64,000 bases of DNA from Eledone cirrhosa (GCA_964016885.1 OZ024740.1:300142001-300206000), one strand, 5' to 3'; shown: positions 26,580 to 40,830, counted from the first letter of the stretch. Notes: generated by a model from the letters alone, not told the origin. Made by a program: numbers and translations.

Positions 26580-26582
<3 letters not shown>
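26383..26582 (+). mobile_element. Second fold-back mini-element of the Naiad-like family
   Basis: Arms 26383-26441/26444-26503, then unpaired 26504-26582; (TA)/(GA)n on the left and (CA)n on the right. Confidence 0.85.
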
Positions 26583-26636
<54 letters not shown>

Positions 26637-26924
26637 CATATATATATATACATATATATATATACATATATATAAGTGTGCGTATACGTTTGCGTGCGTG
26701 TGTGCGTGTGTGTGCATGCGTGCGTGTGTGCGTGTATGTGCATGCGTGTGTGTTTGTATGTCTGCATATGTGTATATTAAGTATCCACTAGGTAATCATA
26801 CCAATATTGTGTGAGTGTATGTTCACTTCGATTTGAATATCAAAATGCTATTTTCCTCACTTCGAAATTAAAACATTGTATCATTTGAAATACCATCTAA
26901 TTTAAATGACTCTCATTATAGATT

Positions 26925-27092
26925 ATCGGTAGATGGTCGGACACCATGCTTTGACGCATAGAGTTACGGCCCTTGCAATTCTGAGTTCAAATCCCGCCGA
27001 AGTTAACTTTGCCTTTCATCCTTACGATAAAATAAAGTACCAGTAATACACTGGTTATTTGCTGGCCTTGTGCCAAAAAGTAGAAACAATTA
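26925..27092 (+). mobile_element. tRNA-derived SINE copy
   Basis: ctgagttcaaatcccgccgaagttaactttgcctttcatcc...ggccttgtgccaaaaagtagaaac. Confidence 0.85.
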
Positions 27093-29616
27093 TAGATGAG
27101 ATATTTTAAATAAAAGAAACCCACTGAAGCATTAAAAATAATTATGAGAAAGTCATTCAGAATCTTTCTTACTGAGATTGAACCATGAAATATACGAAAT
27201 ATGCACTTGAATATCATTCAATCCTTTGTCATTGATGCTATTGTTATTGTTGTTATGATCGTATGGATATAGGGAACTCTGTTATTTCACTAAAATACGT
27301 TGTGCTGTGCCATCGCACATCTGATTTTGTATTCGCCGTTTTGTTTTATAGCCCGGTTTTAGGATACTGAAATAGAATCATGATCAAAGGATTTGTTTCT
27401 ATCACAGACCATATTTTAGGTTTATGTTGGATATAATAATTCATGCTTTATTCTTAGTGTATTGAATCGATGATAATAATATATACAGTGATAATTCTAA
27501 TCAACAGATATATAATCGAAGTAATGCAATAACAAAGAAATACGTTTTAATAAACACACACTGGGTATGCAGAATTCGTTTGAATGACCAGTTAAACGGG
27601 AATAATAGTCCGAATAAATTGAAACAAGAAACAAAAGAAAAATATTTTGCAAATCTCTTTTTCCGCCATCACGTTTTTCTTTCAGGAAGTGAACTACAAA
27701 GTGAAAATACAACATGTGTTATATAGATTTCCATGACTCCAACAAGTGTATTTTATGGGATTATTGTATTTCGATTTTCTCAGTGTTTTAATCCATTATT
27801 ACACTAATTATATCACAATTAAAGTATTAATAAAATGGCTTTATTTTAAGAATGTAACTTACGAACCTTTGCTTCCATTAGCGACTCGCATTCTTTAGTC
27901 TGCATTTAGAGTAAGTGAAAGGAGGTTTGATATCACGTAATGCTATTAATACGTAATTAAGTATGTTTAATATAGACGTGGAATAATAGGGTTGGATATT
28001 ATAGAGATTACATTGATAGTTTATGAATAGAAATTGCTACCAAAATAAACATCTTGTGCTCAATAATGAAGTGTTTATTTTCTGGTGTTTGAAATATATA
28101 TGATTGTGAAATGATGTAGGTCTTCAGCAGCACAAGGATGCAAGTTAACTGCAATGAGTTTGTCCTATATTACCCAACATATTCAGATATTAAATACAAT
28201 TATCTTTGTGAAATGATTTCGAATATGTTTTATATTGTACCATTAAAAGCAATCCGACTTTTAAAAACGTAGGCAATTCCAGATATGTTAAAGAGGTGAA
28301 GCATTAATTAATATCACCGATATAAAATCAAGACTCAATGGTGAAATAGGGCCAATGTCGATTATTATCGATACTAGTGGCTTTCCACATGTAGCCACTT
28401 TTATTTTCGGTTTTCAAAGCCCAATTGCTTCAATGAACAATGATATACACTTGATGCTAAGAGTAAATTACCGTCTTATGGGCTTACTCCATTAAGGCTG
28501 TAATTGTTTCATACTACAGTGCCTATGACAATTATGTCGGTATAATTTGATAACGTCATTGTAATGGTATTAGACCCTAGGGAAAAGGAGGTGGTCGGCA
28601 TCGTTCTAAAGGAATACAATGTGGAGAGAGTAACTGGGTCATATTTGAAGTCCTACAAATCGGTATCTAAAGAAGCAAGTACAAGCCGTCGGACAGCGTC
28701 TTGGGTCACAGGACAAATGAGCTTTGCAAGGAATCTGGTCTGATTCTAACTTCTAACTTGACAGAAACTGGGTCGTGGTAACTTGCAAAGAAGCCAAACA
28801 CACACAGCAACTGGCTTAGTGAAACTTTTCGAAATTAAGTGTAGAATAGGCTAACGTGTTTATTGCTTCCGTTGCATACCGCTTCTCTCTCTTGTCTCTC
28901 ATCAGGTTTCATGTGATCTGATTGGAGCTTCACCTCTTTCGTCTCCTGTCTGAGATATGCGTAGAGTGACGAATCTTTCCTGTACGCACTCATCGAGTTT
29001 CCTAGTATTGCCCACTTTGGGGTTTATGTCGAATGCCATCTAAGACTATAGTGAAAATTATCCCGCCGCCTAACTTTAGCTTAGAATGACCGGTAGGTTT
29101 TATCTATGTGGTGTCTTTGGCAAAAGGATTCGTGTACTCGGCACGTTTGATAGGATTGCAGATAAGCACTTTATACTTCGGCAAAGCTCTGATTGCCTTT
29201 TTCAGTTTTAACTTGAAGACGAAAATGATGCTGGAGGGTGAAATACTACCTTCCAGCCTATTTGTTAAAAGGTAGGTTAGAGTGCAAGAGAGCATGGCTC
29301 GACTAGATGGGCCTGCTCTGTGTGTGTGCCTGTAAATTAAGGAGGACAACTTAGAGAGGGCACTTGTTCTAGTAGTCAGGATGACCGTGGCATTTTCTAT
29401 GCTTTCTCCACCCTCGACCCTCAAAACCACCACCGCCATTGGGAATTGAGTTTTGTTTGAATGTTTGTACACGTCTTTCATTGTTTCCTTGTTTATGTTA
29501 AAACGTATTTACAAAATCCACACTATACCGTCCTGTAGTGTTTTACACCATCGCATATGCCACCTTGCACAATGCTCTGCCGTCCTTAATGTTTTATTAA
29601 TGTGAGCCCTGGATTA

Positions 29617-29803
29617 GCCATATCGGCAGAGTTTCGGACACTATGCTTCGCGGCTTACCTACGTCCCTTTACATTTTGAGTTCAAATCTCACCGAGGTTA
29701 ACTTTGCCTTTTATCTTTACGCGGTCGACAAATTAAAGTACCAGTAAAGCAATGGAATCGATTTAATCGACTTTCCCCCTCCTCTTCAAATTGCTGTCCT
29801 TGC
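29617..29803 (+). mobile_element. tRNA-derived SINE copy, 3' end joined to a Tx1 ORF1 relic
   Basis: gagttcaaatctcaccgaggttaactttgcc...gtcgacaaattaaagtaccag. Confidence 0.8.
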
Positions 29804-29804
29804 T

Positions 29805-31060
29805 TGCAACACCGCCTCTAACAAAACGAACAACAACAGCACCAATAACCACAACCAAGCAAGTGCAACACCAAAACCAACTACAGCAACGAATACAACC
29901 ACAACTACACCAAGTAAAACACCAACAGCAATTGCAACAGCGACGACAACACCAACAACATGAGCAACTGTGAAAGTAGCAACAATGAAAACGTGAAAAA
30001 TAAGAACTCTTTCGCTGGTGTAGCAGCCAAAATGTGGTCATTCTTTAACATGGACCTTACACAAAAGGAGAAAATGTTGGCCCTGGCTTGAAATCTTATT
30101 AAACAAGAGTAAACCTGAGCCAACTTAACTATTCCGGCAGAAGCAGTAGAAGTGGTGGTGAGGAGAACTGTGGTCTTTAGATGCATCTACGTAGAGAGGA
30201 AAACGCGACCAGCCCTGCAGAGGCAAAAGTCGAAGCTGCACTGATGTGCAGCTGATACCACGCAAAATACATAGCGGTGGCAGACAATATATCACCATCT
30301 CGCTATATAACTCTCAGTGACCCCTTGCAAAACCCACAAATCACTATGTACCCGTTCCTTGTGGTTGAAAGAACACTTAAGCACGCATTTCCAGACTTCA
30401 ACTAGGACCCCTGGGATGCAAAATTTAGGACGGGACAAAGGTCATCCTGATGAAGGCAAGGGAGGTGTGGTCCGGGGTTGTCCTGAAGATAGTTCTCGTG
30501 ATCAAGTCTGTGGAGCTGACACAAATTGTGGTCACATCCATCTCCAAAATGGGACGGCTCTGCATGTAGTGATCGAGGGCAAAAGTCCGCTCTGTTTTAA
30601 CTGCGGCGAATCAACTCAGTTGCGAGCGTTCTGCCCTCAGTTCAAAAATCTAAGTAGTCGAAAACCTACATTGCTGCCGACGCGTGGGAAGGGACATCAC
30701 CAACCCCAGCTCCGGCTACAAACCTAGCAATAATACCAGCGGAAATGCCACCACAACGTTCCAGGGGGATTGGAAGAAAGCTCTCCCAGTCCCCCTCCCT
30801 AAAATACACACATTGAGACAAGCACAAACCTAAACACACACAGACACAGGCACACATACAGACAAAGAAACCTCGTCTTCCAGTAGCGAAGACGCAGCAA
30901 ATCCTAAACAAAATAAGAAAATAAGACAAAAAATAAAAACCTCCATACATCACAAAAGCGCCCACAACGGAAAATGCAGACATCACCCACACAACAAGCT
31001 CCAACACTTCCGCAAAATCTACATCATCGCAATTCCCCAAACGCAAATAAATACAACAGG
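29805..31060 (+). mobile_element. Tx1-clade ORF1 relic with CCHC knuckle
   Basis: VVIEGKSPLCFNCGESTQLRAFCP; FFNMDLTQKEKMLALA is similar to FFNVDISDKEKQLAQA at 54.4 kb. Confidence 0.65.
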
Positions 31061-31078
31061 CAGAAGGATGAAAGGCCA

Positions 31079-31210
31079 GGTTGGCTTTTCCTTTAATCCT
31101 TACGGAGTCGATATAATAAAGTGCATGTAATGCACTGGGGTCGATTTAATCTATTTCCCCCTCTCCCTAATTTTCTGGCCTTGTGCCTATCAGAAGAAAT
31201 CATTATTATA
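31079..31210 (+). mobile_element. SINE 3' half
   Basis: cctttaatccttacggagtcgata...cactggggtcgatttaatc...ctggccttgtgcctatcagaagaaatcattatt. Confidence 0.8.
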
Positions 31211-31756
31211 TTGATCAATGCAGCCATTTTGCTTATTCTAGAATATATTATTATGAACGTATGTTTCAAACGTTTCATTGCTTGCCTTGTCATTATTTGT
31301 AGAGAGAGTGCACGGAAAATATGATTAGAATGTGGCAGATTATAATGTTATTTCAATGTTATTGTGTGTGTTTTTTTATCACATGCTATCGGATCCTTCC
31401 ATTTTTTTGTCGATTTATTTATCTATCTCATTTCTTTGTGCTTCTATATCTGACTGCTGAACTTAATCTTCACAAGTACTGTACCTGACCGGTTTTCTTG
31501 CTTTGATTTTATCCCACACTCACAAGGGGGTGATGAAAGAAAAATACCTAAAATACTAGAAAATAGACAAAAAAGAAAATGTTATGAGATAAAATTAATT
31601 AGAAATATATCTATCAATCTATATTTCATTGTTTTCTTTCTCTCTCTTTTAACTCTCCCCTCTCGCCCCCTCTCTCTCTCTCAAATATCTATATACAATA
31701 ATGCACATATCAAACGTTAAATAGAAACAATCATAAAAAAAATTCACTCACGTAGG

Positions 31757-31805
<49 letters not shown>

Positions 31806-32477
31806 TTATTCTGTGAATATGTGTAGGTAAGTGATGAGTGAAACAAGAGAATGAGGGAAAGGGAAGAGAGGGACAGAGGGAGAGAGTGATAGATGGTGGG
31901 GAGATGCAATAAGTCCATCAAAGACAGACGTGTGCTTCTTTCAACTATGTTTTATTTTGTTTATTTTATTTTCTATTTTGTTTATTATAACTAGTACTGT
32001 ATTGGTGTGTGTATAGTAAGATACATCAATGCATATGATCTAATCAGATTAGTGAAACAAGAAAGGCATATAAGTGTATTATGTTGCTGTGAAAAAAAAA
32101 ACTGATTCTGTTATACTGCGGTTAGTATTTGCTTCAGATGTCAATGTATTTAATGTTGAGAATATAACGTGCTTTGTCAAGATTGCACAAGATGATCATT
32201 CTCTTTATATAAAGACAGTGATTTATGAACAGTAATAACACCTTTATGATATTGGATGAAGAATTAGTGTTACATATTTAATTTGACACGAGTGTTCATT
32301 AATTAACTCAAATTAAATTACCAATTAGCAAGTTAATCCAAATTAGTCATTCCGAACTTATCCCAAATTGCATAAATATCTTATACATTTGCTATTTTAA
32401 TGCCTGAAATAGAAATTAGAAACATTGGTGCAATTTTTCACAATTTCATATCTGTTCATGAAGATTCATATGTTTGT

Positions 32478-32553
<76 letters not shown>

Positions 32554-32652
32554 TCCTCCTTTCCTTCTTCCTTTCTTTGTTTCTTTCTTTCTCTCTATAT
32601 CTATTTGCTCAACGAAAGTGATGGCGCAAACCTTCAAAATTCTCTATTAAAA

Positions 32653-32737
<85 letters not shown>

Positions 32738-32741
32738 GCCT

Positions 32742-32776
<35 letters not shown>

Positions 32777-33440
32777 GCCTGGATATGTCTCTATTTCTCC
32801 AACTCTGTATGTTTTTGCTTCGTTAAGTTCATGTAAATTATTATCTATTATTTAAGACGACATATTTATACTGGTTAATTTCACTTTTCAAACGAACGTA
32901 GATCAATTCCGATTGAGTTCAAGCAATATTTCGTTTCTTTGGCTTCTATTCTACTGGATGTACTCGGTATGTCGTTCTTAGTATTAGTATTTTCTACGTA
33001 TGGCGTATATTTCTAAAATCAGTGACAACGCCGTAAAAGTCCGCACAGCAGTTCCATTACATTTACAAAATCCCGAAAAAAAAAAAAAAAACTAACTACC
33101 ACATACTAAAAGTCTCATTAAAAATGTGAGAAGTTGGTCATCAATGCAGAAAGTTGCTATTACTTTTCCAATGTGGAGTAGCCTGTTTCGTGTGATAAGG
33201 AATTCATCTATCGTGAGATGGAAAACCTCTTCCCTATTATTTGGGATTCGCAGCCATTCGCAAAGCTAACGGAAGGCTTATAAATAAAACATCTCAAACA
33301 TGTACAGACAATATAAAGAAGAGATAAAGAATATTTAGTGCAGTCATATTTAGTATCATTTACAAAATAATGCGTGTGGAGAAGTCGTGGCTTGCTCGAT
33401 TTTAATTAAAACATTGCATTTACTGTTTAATGTTAGGTCC

Positions 33441-33480
<40 letters not shown>

Positions 33481-33559
33481 CTTCTTCTTCTTCTTCTTCT
33501 TCTTCTTCTTCTTCTTCTTCTTCTTCTTCTTCTTCTTCTTCTTCTTCTATATACGGTCA

Positions 33560-33800
33560 CGAATATGAGTAACAATGATGGAGGTGCATTCTATGTTCCA
33601 ACAGCTGCAGAGTGGTCGCTATTCTTCAGGCATTTAGAAACATTTTTAGGAACGTAACGTGGTTAATACCTGTGTGAGTTTGGGATGGCATCTAAGATAC
33701 ACGTTTGTTTTGTGTAGGTTTAACGACCATGAAAGACATTAGAAATGTCTGGTTAACCAACACAGATTTTTACAACAATCTGAGAGATAGCAAATGGATT
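33560..33800 (+). mobile_element. Decayed Tx1 APE-endonuclease fragment
   Basis: FFRHLETFLGT matches FFRRLETFLGT at 51.75 kb. Confidence 0.6.
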
Positions 33801-34920
33801 AGAGACCAGGTTAAGTGACAAATGAGTGGTCAATCTTCAAGAACCGCTTGTCGGATGCTCTGACAAGAGCCATTGAGTAGAATCAATAAAGTTGAGCATA
33901 ACAATATGAAGACAGGATATATAAGTGGAACTACTGAGTAATTAAAAAGAAGTAATTATGATGTCATAAAGGCATCGCAAGTGACTTGTTAACGATGGGA
34001 ATAGCCTCCTAGAAAATCAGTAGAAAATAAAAATATGGCATTGTCATATCTAAAGAGGGTCATCGAGACCTTAAGAGAATGGAAGCCGATGGAATCGTGT
34101 GGCAAACATGCAACGAGGCTAGAAAAAGACTGTCACCCAATTCGATATTCCTAAATGTCTCCCCACTATATATTACATCATGAGGCAGACGTTGAAGTTG
34201 GAATGCTGTATGTGTGGAAGGAGTGTTGAAAGTAGGACTCCCCCGACGCCATATTCAGGAGATAAAGAAAAGTATTTTTGCATTCTCCAGATGAGGTAGG
34301 ATAGATTTAAAACAAATTCAACATGAGCGAGAACACGACCAAAGTATTGATATATCACATATGCAAGCGCACATGCTTCCACAAATACCGCAATGTCAAC
34401 GACTACTTCCTGCATCACAGTTGTTTTTATTAACATTCTACTTATGATAAATGTAATCACAAAATTATCTTTCTTATATTACCATAGATTTAAAACAGTA
34501 GGACACACGAAATTACAATAAAGTTTCTGAAGTTTCAATGGTTGTATGATGAAAACGTATATCATTAATAAGTTTTCAGATATATATTGTTATAATACAC
34601 ATTGTATATGTCAGACGTAAAATAAAGGACAACAAATAAAATGTGTTACAACATATAATAATATAAATAGAACATTAAATAGAACAATACACGAATATAA
34701 TATTGTAAAAACAAATAAAAGAGAAATCGAATAAGATGTATATTGACATCACAACCCAAATGACGGTAACATACATGTGACCTGGTAACAGACGTCTAGA
34801 AAAATAAAGTAAAATACGAGAATCAGGCGTTATCTGCAGAGAAAGGAAGACCAATAGGAGACGCACCATTCATAAATCAAATAGAAAAAGAAATATATAT
34901 AGATAGACACATGCATACAT

Positions 34921-34959
<39 letters not shown>

Positions 34960-35005
34960 GGATGTATATCTCCCCTATCTTACTCTCTCTCTCTCTATCT
35001 ATCTC

Positions 35006-35080
<75 letters not shown>

Positions 35081-35464
35081 TGTATTTTCTTCACTTTGGC
35101 GAATAATATTTCGAAAGACCTTTGAATAAAAATTGAAATATAATGAATAATAAAACAAAACACATTAGAAAGAATATGTCTGAGATTCGAAAAGTATATT
35201 TTTTTTAAATCACTATAAGATGGACTGAAAAAAGAGTATAATTGAAGGCAGAAAGTATTTGAAAAATATCCATTCCCTGCTGTAGAACACAAGTAGATAC
35301 GGTAAAAGATATATAATACACCGTCTAGAAATAAAACAGGAATTGCACAAACGTTACGAAAAGTAATCTAAAAAATAATACGTACAGAAAAAAGGAGGGG
35401 AAAAAGTATTAGAGGGAAGTCTTGTAGAATGACTTCACAAACGGAATATTGTGCTCCAATCTTG

Positions 35465-35510
<46 letters not shown>

Positions 35511-35545
35511 ATATGTGTAAAGAGAGAGAGAAATGGAGATAGAGC

Positions 35546-35615
<70 letters not shown>

Positions 35616-37359
35616 AGGAGAGAGAGAAGTATATATATAGATATATAGATATGAAAGTCAAGGGTTTTATAGGAAAATAAATCAACAAAAGAAACTATGA
35701 CAAAAGAAAATATTACGAATAGTGATATGGCGAATAACAGCTGGGAAAAAGAAAGAATATTTCAAGATTGTTTTGAAAAAGGAAAATAAAATAGACTTTG
35801 CAAATAGACCAAAGGGAATCCAGCAGGAATCGCAGATATAAATAAATGGAAATAAAAAGTGAAATCAAAAAGGTCACTATTGGCTTATATTACGTTCTTT
35901 CCTCTAATATATCATATATGAATGTCCATTCTTGTGATACGGAAATCCCCACGCGTAAATGTTTTATTTTATTAATAGAAGATCTAAGAAATATTTCTGA
36001 CAAGATCACTCACATCCATGATTCCCTACTCGGAGACTACTCTGACCTTTACTAAATCATGTATTCTGAATTCTTTCTTAGTACATAAGAAAGTTGAACA
36101 ACTTCATGTTAAAATCACTTTCCCGCTTCCATTAGATTCCATTTCAAATCTTAATACATTTTATAATATTGTTTCAGTTTGCGTATTAACAGCAATAACT
36201 AATACTCACCTCTGAAATATTAACTATTTTAGCAGCACATCATCCAACCTGATTTACTAAGTTTGCAACGCCAGAGTAAGGATGAATTACTATATAATTG
36301 CTTGATCTATTAAAAAAGGCAGCCAAATTTACGTCATTAATTACAGACTAACTCAATAAACGAGAAAGTACATTATCTATTATAGTCTCAGATCCAACAA
36401 TTTTTACGATAAAAATTGATTGCAAAGCCTTTGATTTGAAACGCGCTTCACCACAACATCTTGAGTATTTCTTAAAAGCGCTACCGACATGGTCATTTAC
36501 GTGAAATCCAAGCAAATACCAGAATAAACAAGATATCTCGAAACCCGGTTTGAACATATTAACACATTGAGACAATATAGAAGATCGGATGCTATACGAA
36601 GTGTCACTTTGCATATTATGTATGAAGACACGTAGAGAAATATAAGAATTAAAATTTGATTCCATTGAAACCGTTCTGTTGCAGGGTAAACTCAATGAAA
36701 GACACTACTTTGTGAATGTCTTGCATTTTCCTTATCATCTATTACAATATTTGATATATTTTCTATGTCACATTGAGTATTTAGGCTTTCTTTTGTTGCT
36801 TTTTTTAAAACTTAGAGTCGTTATTTCGTTTATTCAATGTACGTTCACTGGAAATTCTGGCCATCATCTTACGATTAATGACTACATTTTTTGACTCACT
36901 GACATGGCCACCCCAACAACATATTCCTTTTGTTATATGTGATTCTTGTCCATCTATTTCTACTAAAATCTTTTATGTATATTTTCCTGTCTTTTCTTTA
37001 CACGATTCTTAATTTCACTCACTGTCTTTCCTCTCATTCTATTACCCGCTCTATACTTACTAGCATTCTTAAACATTGGATGAAGATATTTCGACCCAAA
37101 ACTTATGAAGTCGATGGTTGGTTGAAATGTCGGAAGTAGATAGATCTAGTTTACCGTTGGTTAGGAGTCTTAATATTTATCATGAGTGATTTTGAGTAAC
37201 ACTGTGTGTTGGAAGTATTTGGATTATAAGAGCTCTTTAATAACAATCCAATTCTTTTCTTTACAAATATTGAGCTACAGATGTTCAGCTTATCCATATT
37301 TACCGATATATATGAATATATATATATATGAAAAAAACCACAGACCCTCCATCTCAACT

Positions 37360-37401
37360 GTACTTTTGAAAAGCAGGAGAACTGCGAAACCGGTAAAGGA
37401 C
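37360..37401 (+). ncRNA. Minimal type I hammerhead with U3-A8 core variant
   Basis: gtactt-TTGAAAA-GCAG-gagaa-CTGC-GAAA-CCGGT-A-aaggac: 5/6-bp stem I, 4-bp stem II, palindromic ACCGGT stem III, GUA triplet; AATAAA at 37405; inside a ~210-bp island between (TA)n tracts. Confidence 0.7.
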
Positions 37402-37530
37402 CCAAATAAATATATATGTATTTTTAAATAAGACTCCAGTTGCATTTTCGATTTCATCCTATTTTCTTCACACTTTCATTCGTGTAGGACACCGGTTATT
37501 TTTCATTTTGTAAAAAAACCTCACTTTCTG

Positions 37531-37564
<34 letters not shown>

Positions 37565-37565
37565 C

Positions 37566-40410
37566 ATTAATCCCCTTCCAAACACCAATGTATGTTATTG
37601 ATAGGTATACGTACAGGGATAAAATTATATTAATTTATATGAATGTGATAAATAAAGAACTAAAAAATATATATATGGAAAAACTGGGATAGATAAACAT
37701 TTTTATATAGAGTGTTGTATCTATACGGACATTGATGATATGAAAGATATTAATTATAAATGAAGTAGCGAGGTGAAAAATAACTTTAGGAAAAGAGAGC
37801 TGTGAGAGGGAAACGAAATTATGAAATTCTCTGTAGTAAAATATTAATTATAGGTTAACTAAATTAAAAAAATCAATTATAATAAATTGTAAAATATACG
37901 ATTAGGTATATATTAATTAAGTTTATAATATTTGAAGGTTTTTCTAATTCTATGATTGCAACATATAATTAATTCTTGTACTTATTTAATAGGATATCCT
38001 TATATTTCATGATTTTAAAAAGTTCTTGAGAGCATAACCTAACTCGTATCTGCTATTTTGATAAGGGGTGGCCCTTTTAAGCACGCTCCAGGTCAGGTTG
38101 TAATCAATGTTCTTTTTTTATAATTATTAATAGCTTCGGCCAAGGATGTAGTATTAGCTAATGCGGCATTTTTAAAGCTATGTATGTGGGTATTAAATCT
38201 TACTTTAAAATGGTTAGACGTAGCTCCTATATATGAATGAGTGGTGTCCTTAGTGCTAATTTTACATTCACAGACTATGTTATTAATAAGACAATTTCCC
38301 TTTAATGGGTAATTTCTTTTGATTCTAGAGTTACAACCATTCGTAAATATTATATCAGGGGAGTTAGTGAAAGTTGGTGTGGAGTTTACAGGACCTGCTA
38401 TAGGTGAAGGAGATGGTTGTTTGTTATGGTTTATTTTAGTATTATTATGGTTGGTTTGATGTGTTGGTGGTATATTTATGGGTTTTTTTAACAATTATAT
38501 GCGTTGTACGCACTTATATTCTGTTGTATACTTTTGGTAGTGGAGTAGGAAAATTTAACAGTAGATCTATTTAAAATTTGATGATATTTATGGTTTGGTG
38601 GGAAGTTTTTCTCTAGGATAGCAAATAATTTTTTAGGGATATGGTCTTTAATCTGTAGATTAAATGTAGCATTATACCAAGTAACACGTCTATTACGGTT
38701 TCGACATTGTTTCTTATATTTATACGATGTATCAGGAGGTTTACTAAGAGAGTTACTATTAGTGATTTTATTATTTATAGGTTTAGTTAGAGTAACTGAT
38801 TTAGGTGTTTTAGTCTGATTACTAGGAGTTTTGTTAGTTATGTTGTTAACATATGTTGGAGTATTAGGGTGAATGGTTTTTTGAGAGTCATTATATTGTA
38901 TGTGAGAAGAGGTAGAGAAATTAAGTTTTGGGTTGATGTTTTTAGGTGTAGTATGAGTGGCATTTAGGTGTAGGTTTTTCATTTGGTGTTTGTTGGTAAT
39001 ATTAGGTGGTATGTTTGAAATATTATTTGTGCAAGGTATGTAGACTAATTTGTTTTTGTGGCCGCTTCTAGCCGTTTTTATCGAATACATCCTGATTTGA
39101 TGAAAGGTTAGAGATTCTGAGTGAGATATTATATGCTAGGTATTTAAGGATAGATCTAGGGTGATTGGATTGTGAGTGTATGTAATGCAAGTTTTGGTTA
39201 GGTTTATGGTAAGGTTGGTTTATACCAGTATATAGGTCCATAGTTATATCTAGGAAATTGACTATTTTACTGGTGTTTTCAAATGTAATAGTGACATTAT
39301 AATAGTCTTTGAGGAAAGTTCTAATAAGTTTTTTATTTCTTTCAATTTGTGTTAGGCTAAGATTAGTGGATAGAAGACAGTCATCACGATATAAACCAGC
39401 TTTAATGTGGGGGAAAAGATGAATTAATGTTAAATAGAAGGAAGAGGCCCACAAGATCAGTAATTTGGGCAGAATCGCTAGAACTCATTGTTATGTCGAA
39501 GAGATTACTATATGTATTTCTGGTCCAGTATTCTTTCTGAAACTCCAGTAGTGTTTGTCTAGCGTTCGTGATAATATTGATGTCATCCATAGTTAAGTCT
39601 GATCTATTCTTGGCAAATATCAAGGGTTTGTTCAGGAGTATAGGTGATATAGGGGAATAATAACCATCTATATCGAATTGTAGAAATGAAGCAGAGGATT
39701 TATTTCTAATATTATGAAACCAATTAATTACTTGGGATGTGTTTTCCCAGAGGGGTAAGTTAACGTGTTTTCTTAATTGTGGGATAATTCTATCTAAAAA
39801 TGTTTTACTAATGATGCCAATGTCTGACTTGGAAGGGCATAACATCTTATAGAAGGATTAGAGTTGAAGTTAGATTTGTGAACTTTCAGGTTAAAGTGTG
39901 GTATTTTCAGTGCCAAAGGTTCAGTTCTGTCTTCAATATTGAGTTTATTTCCTATGTTGTATGTTTTGTTTTTGATATTGGTAAGAGCCGCATTATTTGT
40001 TTTTTTAATAATTTTTCCTGAGTTCTTTATAAATGAACTCATTATAATTATCAATATCCATGTGGTATAGATTTTCAGTTTTGTCAGAGTGGACCTGGAC
40101 ATTGCTAGATTTTTTTTAGTTCCAATAGGGTAGAGTCGAGATCCTTTTGAAAATTAAATTTATATTTCTTAAATCTGAGATGTTTGATTAAGTCAAATAG
40201 GTCTTTCTCGAAGTTTTCAAGCAAGAAGTTGTGTGGTGGGTTCTTATATGTGGTGAAATCATACAAACATTTTTTCTATCAAAGTGGTAGGCCCTACATC
40301 TGACCCTTTTGATGAATTGGTTGGTTTTTTTGTATCATAAGAAGTAAGAATTCGTCTTTAGAAGGTTTCGGTATATTCTTTAAAGATGTTCCCAAGTATT
40401 GTTTTCCCAT
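37566..40410 (-). mobile_element. Near full-length, frameshifted Naiad-like Penelope element (RT plus GIY-YIG)
   Basis: ATG at 40410 gives MGKQYLGTSLKNIPKP...FIKRVR; then FLQFDIDGYY, GLYRDDCL, YHKPN..L.YIH..SNHP, RRVTWYN...FP..H...NRSTVKFSYS, YIGAT..FK.RF..H..SF, LC..E...LLNK...CNH. Coding ends near 37925. Confidence 0.9.
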
Positions 40411-40693
40411 TGTAATATGGAAATTGGACAGGAAAGAGAGCTCAACTATATATACAAGAAGTCGGAAAATTATATATCTTTATATTTAATATGAACACTT
40501 GTATAAAATTAAGAGCGAAGGACGGCATGTATATGTGAAGGTATGTATATTTCCTCTGATAATTTGTAATACTTTTACATAGATATTAAACATGATATGC
40601 ATACCAACACACATATACATCCCAGAAACGATCGTAAAATGATGAATTTTTAATATAAGGAACTTGTTCTTTGTTTTTATTTCATTGTTTTTA

Positions 40694-40745
<52 letters not shown>

Positions 40746-40780
40746 TATATATATATATACATACACATATATATCATATT

Positions 40781-40830
<50 letters not shown>

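Noticed and set aside
26246-26814. Long ORFs made of YI/CV/TH/ER repeats, here and throughout the ORF track
   Set aside because: Artefacts of stop-free microsatellites.
29104-29481. 125-aa ORF as a host gene
   Set aside because: No recognisable motif, and downstream frames are interrupted; more likely a TE relic.
37075-37140. Degenerate hammerhead-like stretch
   Set aside because: The core is broken and too many repairs are needed.
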